A program made the translations under genes and the position numbers. The notes beneath the pieces were generated by a model. That model was not told the DNA's origin. It made no database searches and worked only from the letters and a program-made list of their open reading frames with translations. A stretch of DNA of 64,000 nt, taken from NCBI RefSeq assembly GCF_964355755.1, contig NC_092670.1, positions 21,066,795 to 21,130,794 on the forward strand, in the 5' to 3' direction. This document shows positions 27,710 through 39,400 of this stretch, in pieces. Source of the stretch: Antedon mediterranea. Taxonomy: Eukaryota > Animalia > Echinodermata. Position 1 is the stretch's first letter; the number at the start of each line of letters is the position of its first letter.

Positions 27710-30700
27710 TTATTTTTTTTTATCTTGCGGATACATTGGTTTATCGCAGGCCGCCTTTAATGCTTCCATCCAGGACTTTTGTTCCTCGACACTCTCGGCA
27801 CTGAAGTAGTATTCACGGTCAGGCGTGATGAGGGAGAAGCTGTTTGGAGGTTCCTCTGGTTTGCCAGGTGGAAGGCCATCACGTACAAAGTAACCATCAA
27901 GCTTATTGCCAAGGAATACCTCTCCTCTTGGATGAGGTTCCTAATGGTGAAAATTGTTAAATATATTGATAAAACGTACCACAACATAATGAAACTATTA
28001 AATCTTGGCTGTAGGTACCAAATAATACTGGTATTGAATGGTCAACAACAGCTGTAATTTAACCAAAAAGAGAACATCCTTTTAGGCAATCTAAACCTAT
28101 AGTAGTAGATGATGATGAATGAGTATTGTAAACTAGTGTAACAAACTATCAGTCCAACTTTCTGAGTCACCTACAAATGGGTCTTTTTGACAACATGTGG
28201 ATTTCAAAATGTTCCTAAAATGGAGGCAGGGTCCCAAAAATTGTTGTTGTTGTTGGGTCCCTTAAATGGTGGTAGGGTCCCTTAAATGGTTGTAGGGTAC
28301 CTAAATGGAGGCAGGGTCCCTAAATTGGCACAAGTATTGGCAAATAGTTTAACCGAGTTCAATCACCAAACATTTTGGGTCACCTACAAATGGAATGGAG
28401 TTCTCTTAATGGATGAACGTATATGGATTAAAAAAATTCTCCTAAATTTGAGTCTTAAATCAGGCCTGTAATTTGAGCTCTTACCAGTGGCTCTTGAAAG
28501 TAGAGAAGTCTTCTGCCATCTAGTGTCATCCATCTTTTACGATACGTCTCAACACCTCTTGGTCCTGACTTGCTTAACCAACCTTCTTTGATAAAGTCAC
28601 GGCTTAACTGACTACTTAACTGTAAAGGTAAATATCAAATGTCAAGTGTCCGGGTCTATTAACAACAATTTCAAAAATACAGGACAACCAAGTGTTGACC
28701 ATTTTTTTAAATTTTAAAAATATATATATTTAGACAAATTGCCAAGGATAACCATAAGCGAATTCATTCACTATCCTTCTTAAAGGTGGCAATCCCGTTC
28801 ACAAGACAAACATATACACAAGTTGCTCTACATAAACAAAGTCTGACATATGACAGGACTTGAACCCAGGACACTTGGATTAGTAGCCAAGCATCATAAC
28901 CACCAAGTCACAACTCCACTTCATGTTTTGTGTTTAGTATAATACTACCCTCAAGGAATTCACAAATTGGAGGTGCTTTATCAGCCTACACATGGATCTA
29001 TTTACATTTGCACACAAGTTTTATTGGGGCTAATTGACTTATATTACAGGAAATAAAAATCCAATTTAGGCTGGAGGAGAGCTTTCTTTGGTGTATCGAA
29101 CACTAAATAAAAAATCATATCAAATCAATATGTACAAAACATACTTCATCATCTGAAGATCCAGGGTAAGCCACTTTGAGGCGATTGTAATTTGCATGAC
29201 GAATGGCATTGTACCATTCAACTATATCCTGAAACACAAACAAACAATCAAAGTATTAGAATAAAACATAAGCAATTTACTATTCTTCTTTTGCCATTGT
29301 GCAATTATGCTATTAAATCATCCCCATTTAAAAAAAAGTTTAAGTATAGCATAATTTTGGCAAGTAGTGAGATTGTAGAGACTATTACTAGATGCTTACC
29401 ATCTCACGGTAAAATAAAATGGGTAGGTGCAGTCACACTTAAGTGAGATATTCCCCTTAAATATCAAGTATTTCTGATTTCACTTAACTCAATAGTATTT
29501 AATAAGTATTTAAATATTTAAATTGTATTCATTTAGATAGGAGATTTTTTTGTAATTTTAAGGGTAAGTGTGAATGGTGAATACGGCCACAGGAATTGAA
29601 AAAGCCAAAAATTGGTTAGTTCACAGAACCTACAGTACCTTTCCATCATCAGTGTACAAATAGATGTTTCTAGTGATGCCTTCTTTTAGCCATGATATCT
29701 GAAGTCCATTTGGGTTGCCTATCTTATCAGGAACAAACACAGCATTTAAATTAGATAGCTTAATAGCAGCTTTTGGTTCCTTGGCCTTTAAAACAACAAA
29801 AAAAAGAGAATAAATTATCTGATATATCAAGCTTGTTGAGTTCTAAAAACTAGGGACCAAAAATGTTAAACCTGGCTACAACACAGAGATGACCGGGTAT
29901 TCGGTCACTTGGGTTAAAAAAAATAAAACCAGTCAACATTACAAAAATATCTTTTGCCACATTAGACACAGTTTCTATGTAAAATCTGTAAATAAGGTAG
30001 TTACCACATTATAGGATATATCTGAGTACTGTACCAGATTTGACCTAGTTATTATTCATAATCACAATCATGTGTTAATAACTTTCATTATCTACATATT
30101 TTGTTTTAGATTATAAAGGGCATGATGTTATGTAAACTTAGGTTTTTAGGAAATATAGGGGATTTCCCTAGCACTGTGAGTGACAGTACATTCCTACACA
30201 ATATTAATGGGGTCATAATAGAAGTTCAATCCATACAAAAACTACTTTACATGATTTTTTAAAAGTACAATCTGATTATCTTTTTATGAGTTCATTAAAA
30301 AAACCAGTTTCATTCATAAATTAGTTTTATCACATTCCCTTTGGGCTGACCTATGAATACTGTATGTTTTTAATGGTAAAAAATTATTTTGTAGCTTTGG
30401 ACCTCAAGAAAAGTCTGATTTTGGAGATTTTCCAGTTTCAAAGTCCAGCATTGGGAAATTCAACTATTTATAAGTCTGTTATTATTTATTAATACTGGGA
30501 AACCTCTTCAGTCAAATATTGATCTCCAAGAGCGCCTAGTTAATGTATGATCAGTGGCTGTGATGTACTAGTACAACCCCCTACTCATCTCGAAAGATGT
30601 ATTCGGTTCTTTAAAGTGCACATGAGCTAGATGTGTACTGGACTAACGGTTTGTACTATAGTCCTTATCCGAGGAATCAACACCAGAACCATAGAGCGAG

Positions 30701-33700
30701 TGAGCCTCAAACCCTTGCCAATGTTATGGTTTCACTGTCTTGACCGCTAATAATTTTTCTGAAAGTAGCACTAGAAGTACTGTTAATATTTTTTTTAATA
30801 TATTAAAAATTATTATTATTATTATTAAAATAATTTTAAACCAACAAATAAAGCAACATATTGTTTGTAGAAATTTCCCACAGTTCTTTAAACAGGAAAT
30901 TGAAAAGCCTAATAATGTACACTAATCATTAAAAATATTAATAATTTAGTAAGTAGTAACCAAGATAAGATATTACTAAAGTACTGTACATTCCTATTAA
31001 TATTTGTATTCAAGATTTGCTTTGAGGAAGTATAATAGGAAAAACAAATTATACAGTCCCTACCATTACCATTGTAATACATCCTTTTCCACTTAAGAGA
31101 TAAAAAAAATCAGATTTCGCAATACAAAAAAGTAAAATTTACAAAAGAAATTTTGTTTCCTAAACATTTACCTAGCAAAAGTAAATATATATTGTACTCT
31201 ACTTTTCTATCATTTTTTACCTATTTGACATATTTTAAACTTTTTTATTTACTGCAGTGTATTAACAAAGATTTCCTGATTTATGTTTATATGACCAATA
31301 AAAGATGAATTGAAAGAAAAGCTTCAAAGGGTTATTTATCTGATTTTGTCAATTTAAAAAAAATTTGTTATTAAATTTGCCACATTTCTAATGCAAAAAT
31401 TAATTTTAAAAAGCAATTTATTCTATAGTAAAAATGACCTTAACTAACAAAACTTTGCAATATCTATCAGCTGTTTCAGAGCAAAAAGCTAAAGGTATAT
31501 TTACACAAAGATATATAAACAAGATAAATTGTAAATAAATAATAATTTGTAGATTTCCTGGTTGTCATAAAAAACAGGATGTTAAAGATTTAAATATTGA
31601 GATTAAAATTAATAATGTGTATTAAAACTTTACAATATCTATCAGCTGTTTCAGAGCAAAAAGCTAAAGGTATATTTACACAAAGATATATAAACAAGAT
31701 AAATTGTAAATAAATAATAATTTGTAGATTTCCTGGTTGTCATAAAAAACAGGATGTTAAAGATTTAAATATTGAGATTAAAATTAATAATGTGTATTAA
31801 AATGTTCATCATGGCTAAATTTAGTAACAATTACATAATACTGTATATCATCTATTTCTGGAAATAAGGCTAAACAGGAACTACAATACAGTTTAATATA
31901 TTTAAATAAGGTTGTTTTTTTTTCTCAGAAAAAGATAATTACAATACTCTACAAAATCACAACACAAATTCTAATAACTATCAACACAATTAGGTAAGCT
32001 TGAATGAGTGACTTTATATTGATTTAAGTCCTAGATTTATGAACATTTGCCAAATGTACAATGTACTGTAACTGCATTGAAATCTATTACTTCAGTAAAA
32101 TACAATGACATGCAGTAAATTTATTAGTTTATAGCGTGATATGATAAGATAGAAATATAGAAGAACTGCTATTAAGAGGATACCTTCAGGACCAAGTGTC
32201 CCTTTAATGAAGGTAGTCTGTAGTTTTTAAACCTATATTTTACTTTGTTGCTTTTTACGGGATAGTGTTCCTTTAATTAAGGTGGTCTGTAGTTTTTAAA
32301 CCTATATTTTACTTTGTTGCTTTTTACGGGATAGTGTCCCCTTAATGGAGGTAGTCTGTAGTTTTTAAACCTATATTTTACTTTGTTGCTTTTTACGGGA
32401 TAGTGTCCCCTTAATGGAGGTAGTCTGTAGTTTTTAAACCTATATTTTACCTTGTTGCTTTTTACGGGATAGTGTCCCCTTAATGGAGGTATCCCTTAAA
32501 TAGGGGTATATAGAAAAGGGGTTTCTGTATTTGTACTGTACATACATCTTGTTTATTGTAGTATTTGATGACGTTCTCCTCTTCAGAAAGCACGAACAAG
32601 CGGCTTTGGAAGCGACTATCGCCTTTTAGTCGTTTCCACAGGTAGCCCGTCTTATGTCCAGACAAGTATGTTTGTTTATCTACGTCCATAAATTCATGGC
32701 GCTCGTACTTAGCACGGATCCATTGTTCACGTAGAACTCTAAAAGAAGGAAAATTGAATCATCATTATTATTTGGGATATACTGTCAATAATGAATAATG
32801 TACAGTATTTCACAAGAAGCACCACAATGCCTTGTAGCAGAGATGTTGACTAGTAAGGGACAACATGAACGTTAATTGTCAAAGTTGAAAAAAATAACAA
32901 TAATGATGATCGAGTCGGACTGCTAATATTTACACATTTTTACTGATCGTTCATAGGTCTCTCCGGCCCTGCTCAGCCTGGCCCGTGTCGAAATTGAAAA
33001 AGTTACGGGTTTTGATGCTTAAACCCAGCCTAAGATATGTTTTCGCTGATATCTTAATCTATGCTTACACTAAAGACAAACAGTAAATTAAATTTTGTTT
33101 ATATTATAATTTAGTTTGAAAAGTGTACAACAATGGTGAAAAACATCGTTGCATTGTCAAGGCGTGCAGATTTCAATGATATTTAACGTTGATTTCCCCC
33201 TTTTCATGTAAAATCGTTGAATCTGGTCAACTCAATGCACTCATCGTAACGTTACATCGACGAGAAAACTGGCTATAATGTGCAAATAAACTAAGTTTTG
33301 CACAAAAAGGAAGATGAAGTGGTCATATTCATTATATAATAAAACTCCCTCCCTTGGAAGACTTTTATTCATAGGACACTTTTCCATAAAGAATATGTTA
33401 TAACACTATGGCAAACACTTATTAGAGGACACCTCTATTACGAGATAAGTTGTTACTATACTCACTGGCAGTCACGTTCTGTTGGCCTCTTGTACGAGGC
33501 CGGTACACATAATTCATACTTGGCCTTGGCAGCCTGGTTTCCATTTGCTGCCATAAACTAAAAAAACAAAAACAAGGAAAAGACTGAACAAACATGTCTT
33601 CTTGGATAGGAAACTAAATTTATATTTAAATTTCCTTCTAACTATACTGTAAATAATACTAATAATAAAATAAATACAGAACTTCAATGAATGAGATTCT

Positions 33701-35661
33701 TCAAACAATTTTATTTTGCTTGTAATTTTTAAATTTCAAACACAAATGCCCTACTGTATATCATAAAAAAACATTTTATTGGATTATTTTAGAACATTTT
33801 ACTATAAATTTTAACAGTTACTTTTCAATTTCAATTTTGAACATCATATTTTACATTATGCTTTTATGCAAGTGGTTTTATAATTATGTGTTATTTATTG
33901 TTATAGTGTTAACATTAAAGTGTGTGTAGTATTTTACTGTATTACCTTGTGAGAATGTGTCAGTTTAAGTCTAATCTTCCCTTATATGTGCACTAATATC
34001 TATCTTAGTTTTAAGTCTTCTCAACCTACTTCCCCCCCCCCCCCCCGGAAGATAGATAGTACTGTCTCTAAAGCTCTGTCTACACTATCAAACTAGTTTG
34101 ACAAAAAAAGTGTGATGTGCCCAAATATGGTATTGATATGCTCAAATAATGGTAGTGATATGACATCATCATGCACATCACATTTTTTGTCACGTAACGT
34201 TTCATAGTGTAGTACTTTCTAACAATATCTTAACCCTTTACACACAATGAACTCAAACTTGAATTTTGCTGACCTCATTGAATCTTATCAAAATTTAACA
34301 GAAGTAAGAATAAAAGACTTTCATTTTTAATTTTAAATAATTATATAAATTCTGCATTACTTTATAAAGCAAATTAATATACAAAACATATAGATTGCAA
34401 ATTGTAAAAAAAAAAGTATTGTGTGTGGGGGGGGGGGGGTTTACTTGGGACATACTGGATTTTGGAGAGGTTTGCTTCTTATAAGAATAGGGTATATATT
34501 TATCATTAAACTTTGTCTACACTATCCAACTAGTTTGACAAAAAAAATGTTATGTTCCCAAATATGGTAGTGATATGCCCAAATATGGTAGTGATATCAT
34601 CCTGTCCATATATGGGCACATCACATTTTTTTTGTCACATAAAGTGTGTTAGTGTAGGCGGAGCTTTAGCACTGTAATGTACTCAAATGACCCATACCTC
34701 TACTTGGTCATCATTCCATTGGTCAAGCCTAATTGATTTTACTTTACTTATATGAGCTCCAAGCATTCTATGAATCTGTGCGCAAGTTACACATAGGTAG
34801 ATACCAAGGTTGAAAGAGGCCCAATCTGGATCTGAAACAAACAAGTTAAATTTGTTAAACCTAAGCGATGTACATACTCACCCAACTTAATCCCATCACC
34901 GAACTCAAACTTATAATTTAGTGATACTGAATTTTTTTATGTTAAAAGCTGTATGTTAAATTAATGCATTATGTTAAAAATGAATGAATATGAAATAACA
35001 ATTAACATTAAACACAGTATATTCTGCAGTCTGCAACTTCTTATAAACCTTGCTGTGTGGACGCAACTTACAAAAGACAACAAACGGGGCTTTTGCTTGC
35101 ATATGATGTCAAAAGTCCTAATGGTGACTAAACTTCCTCTTTTAGTGTCATATTGATACAGCAAGTACCTACTGTCTACTAAAAATTATATTAAATAATA
35201 AACATTAAAATAAAATGAATATGCCATAAAATATAGGCCTAGCCTATGCCTTATTTTTTAAAGTTTTAAATACTGTAAAGTCCTTCTTCCTTTTTCATTC
35301 AACAACACACCTCTTCCTTTTCATATCTAATATTCTTGGCCGCAATTACAAATTATAATAGCATAGATGTTTTTAGTTAAGTGTGTTTATATCTGTTGTG
35401 GCCCAGCCTGGTATGTGCAGTCTAATCACGACTGCAACAGAGATCAAAACCCGGTGAACCGCGCCTCGTTAAGTTTTGTCGAACGCCCATTTATGAACCC
35501 AAATTACTGGTAGATATTAAGTGTAAGTTTAGCCTTTAAATCGTACATAATACATATAAATTCGTGAAATTATACTCACCCTGACAACCACAATCAGCAC
35601 AAACATTGTTTCCTTCTTGTGTAAGTAGGTCTAAAAGGCGATTTTTATTTCTTTCTGTCAT
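27710..35661 (-). CDS. ADAP1: ArfGAP with dual PH domains (centaurin-alpha, ADAP1/2 family)
   Basis: ArfGAP zinc finger CADCGCQDPDWASFNLGIYLCVTCAQIHR, VKSIRLDQW, EQWIRAKYER, PH1 (GYLWKR...NPNGLQI...IVEWYNAIR) and PH2 (KEGWLSKSGP...RKRWMTLD...RGEVFLG...TPDREYYF). Exons approx. 35661-35580, 34831-34698, 33557-33466, 32738-32545, 29785-29639, 29228-29145, 28619-28485, 27940-27710. Confidence 0.95.
28728..28920 (-). mobile_element. Short tRNA-derived SINE (related fragment near 24390-24480)
   Basis: The minus strand has a tRNA-like head (GTGACTTGGTGGTTATGATGCTTGGCTACTAATCCAAG...GGTTCAAGTCC) and an AT tail. Confidence 0.5.
30480..30748 (-). mobile_element. Same Deu/Nin-like SINE family, copy 2 (more decayed)
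   Basis: Collinear similarity to 5835-6115 (CCTCTTCAGTCAAA, GATCAGTGGCTGTGATGTACTA, GGTTCTTTAAAGTGCA, CACCAGAACCAT, ACCCTTGCC). Confidence 0.75.
31449..31802. repeat. Essentially perfect 175-bp tandem duplication
   Basis: CAATATCTATCAGCTG... at 31458 and 31633, identical through ...TGTGTATTAAAA. Confidence 0.95.
32195..32500. repeat. 69-bp tandem repeat (about 4.3 units) inside a mariner-like MITE
   Basis: Unit TAGTGTCCCCTTAATGGAGGTAGTCTGTAGTTTTTAAACCTATATTTTACTTTGTTGCTTTTTACGGGA, period 69. Confidence 0.9.
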
Positions 35662-36487
35662 TTTGTTAAGCGTAAACTTGAGTTTTCTTCCGCAACTTGT
35701 TGCTCTTCGCTTAGAGTTTCACTTTTCAATAGTATGTGAAGCACGCCCTCTAAGAGGAACTTCCGGGTGGGTATAATTTGTTCCGGAATCCGGTCTGTTT
35801 TTATAATAATCAGGGAAATTTAAATCATCTAGTCTCCCTGTATAATGCCGTTTTTTAAAACTCGTTGTTATTATTATGTTACTTTATAATTAATAAAATG
35901 ATACTTTTGGCGTTCAATCAAAGAACTAAGGAATAACTGATATATACCGCCATACCATGAACTGACCAAGAAAACATGGTTTGCTTCTCCCAGAGGCCAT
36001 CATCAACGGATAAAACCCGTCGTTGCTAAATTTTATTCACAGTTTTCCTCATCTCAGCTCCATATAGTTGTAAATAACATTAACAAATGAACACAAACAT
36101 AGACAACACAAACAACGCAACCGGTCGACCACCAACATCCTTTGTAAGGTACTATAATTAATATTTTGTGTACACAGTAATCTTTTATGTTATAAATAAT
36201 GTACGAACATCTATTGAAACTGGACTTCCAGGTCCGTAAAATGTTTCGCCGGAATTGCGCAACGCACAAACTTGGCTGTTTACGCATGATTAAGCACTCC
36301 CAGGTACCCAATCTCCGATATCCAGGGCAGTTGCGACTTATTGACCCCTGAACCATAATACAAAGTGACAGCAGCAGCAAACGATACGAAAGTGCAGCTA
36401 GCTTTACATTTTCATTACTCGATTAATGTTGTAAACTAGTTTGTTGTTGACATCTTTATTGTTCTATGTTCGAGACTGCTTCTATCG
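35662..36487. promoter_or_regulatory. Probable bidirectional promoter, ADAP / amine oxidase
   Basis: Divergent starts about 826 bp apart. The interval is CpG-rich and has an ETS-like ACTTCCGG (35759) and a CGCCCTCT motif. Confidence 0.55.
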
Positions 36488-39400
36488 ATGGCTTCTGAAG
36501 AAAACAAACTTGATGATGTATATGATGCTGTTATAGTTGGTGGTGGAGTGGCAGGGGCAACTGCTGCATATCGGTTGCAAAACGTTTTGTCAAAGAAGAA
36601 GGGTGTAAACAACAACGATGGGTGCAAAGTACTTCTACTAGAAGCCAAAGGTAGGAGATAGCTCATCACTTGAACTTGGGTGTCTAACAACAGTATATGC
36701 CTGTACATATTTTTTTATTCGTAATATAATATTTTACATATATTTTATTTTGCTACATAACATTAACAGATAGCTGGATCCAGGATTTTAAAATACTGGA
36801 CCTAGGAGTGGGAGTGGGGGGGGGGGGGGAGAAGAAATTGTAATGTTTTGCATTGTATATGCCAAAAGGTTCACCCGCCAGCTCTGTGTGTGTCAGAGGG
36901 GAGGATCTAAGTTCGGTGAGGAGGGTGGGGAAAATTAAAAGAATAGTAGACACCATATAATTTTTCGGTCTATTTTTATACTATTTACAGCAAGGCTTGG
37001 AGGTCGAACATTGACTGAATCAGTAAAAGTGAATGATGGACAAGAAATGTTTGACCTTGGAGGTCAGTGGATTGGAAGGTAAACATCTTGGCTGCAATAC
37101 TGCAGTATAGTATAGTTATTGCACTATTGCTATTAGTACAGTACCTGTATAAGCAATGTGTTATTTAGTCCATGATGTACTATAAAACAAACTACATTTT
37201 ACGTAGATTATAAATGTTCCACTTTTAACTTTACAGAACACAGCATCATATTTTGTGGTTAATGAAGGAGTTGGGGATAGAATACTACGAACAGTATACA
37301 TTGGGGTCAAAATTCCTATGTCTTGGTGACGGCAAGATCCGTAAATACAACTCAAGTCTTCCAAAACTGTCATTCATGGCACTGCTTGACCTTGGCAATG
37401 TTATGCTGCAGGTCAGACAATGCTCAATTAATCAATAAATCAATCAATTGATCCGTCAATCAAATGATTATTAATCAATCCATTGATCAATCAATCAACT
37501 AATTCATTTATCAATAAATCAATCAATTGATCAGTCAATCAAATGATTATTAATCAATCCATTGATCAATCAATCAACTAACTCATTTATCAATAAATCA
37601 ATCAATTGATCAGTCAATAAAAAGATTATTAAATCAATCTATTGATCAATCAATGAATCCATTCATTTGATTAATAATCAATTCATTGAACAATTAATCA
37701 GTCAACTAATTGATCAATTAATTAATCTCAATCAATAACAATCTATTGAAATGTGTAAAATCCTTATTGGTTTCATAGATAAATCGTATGGGTAAAAAGG
37801 TGCCTCCTGACAGCATACATAAATGCAAACAGGCTGAGGAATGGGACAGTATGACAGTGGACACATTTATAAGGAAGACTATGTGGACCAAAGGTAACAG
37901 ACAAGGATCACCTGACCCCACCCTATACCTATAGTCTAGGTTCTAGACTCTATTTCAAATTAATATTGGTAAAAAGATAAATATTTTGGCACACATGGCA
38001 TTTCATACATATAATACCTGAGTTCGAAATATTTTCTAGATTGGTGCATTAACATAAACAAGCACGAATGTGCAATACTCGGGGTACAGCGAAAGAAGCT
38101 GTAATGACGTCATAAGACCGGATGTAACGTCACGTACACATCAATAACCGCGCTACCAAATACGGCTATACGGTACCATCTTCGAGACGTGATATGGCTG
38201 CATCCGGTTTGAAATTAAAAAATCCGGCTCTATAGCTTTGAGGACATGTCCCTGTAGTATATTCATGCTAAATCCGAGCTCAATACTACAACGAATAAGG
38301 GAGGAGTAGTACTTTATAAATCGCACTTTTTGCTCAATAGTGTCCGGATGGAAGAAGAAGAGGAAAAGATGAGAGAGTCCTAGACTCAGGTACCCCGAGT
38401 AATAAAACGAGATATACTCTATATCATATTACGTATACAGTATATTTCACCATAAAGTTAAAGAAAAATAGGTTTCGCCAGGGCTCGAACCGGGACCTTC
38501 TGCGTGTTAAGCAGACTTGACAACCACTACACTACGAAACCTCTTACAATAAAAATGTGGGTTACACAAAGTTTTTTAATCCATTTAAATTACAAATAAA
38601 TATGGTAATAAGCACAAAGCAAAATAAACATGTGTAAAAGTGATAATTACCGATTACACAAAATAAGTATTTTAAAAAATAATAAAAATAAGATATACTG
38701 TGTATAATTATCATATTGCGTATACAGTACTTTTCACCATAAAGTTTAAAAAAAAAAGGTTTCGTCCGGGCTCGAACCAGGTATCTTCTGCGTGTTAAGC
38801 AAACGTGATAACCACTACGAATGTGCGATACTCGGGGTACAGCAAATGAAGCTGTAATGACGTCATAAGACGGGATGTGACGTCAACTACACATAATAAC
38901 CTACCAAATACGGCTATATGGTACCATCTTCAAGACGTCATATGGCTGCATCCGGTTTGAAATTAAAAAATCCGGCTCTATAGATTTGAGGACATGTCCC
39001 TGTAGTATATTCATGCCAAATCCCAGCTCAATACTACAACTAATAAGGGAGGAGTAGTACTTTAAAAATCGCACTTTTTACTCAATAGTGTCCAGATGGA
39101 GAAGGAGGAGAAAATGAGTAAGTCCTAGACTCGGGTACCCCGAATAAAAATACAATACAGACTGAGGTAAAGTCTATCCAACCTCCAGTGGTGGTCCATG
39201 ATTTTAAAATATTTGAGTGTCCACTATATTTTATAACAACAAACCCTGTTAATTGAAACGTGTTTTACTACAGTCCAACAAGTACATATTCCGATTTATT
39301 TGGTCCTTGCAGAAATTCATGACAGGCACAATCAGTCACATAAAAATACAAATTAAAAAAATAAATAAATATCCCTTGTAAATGTTACACAGTTTATAAA

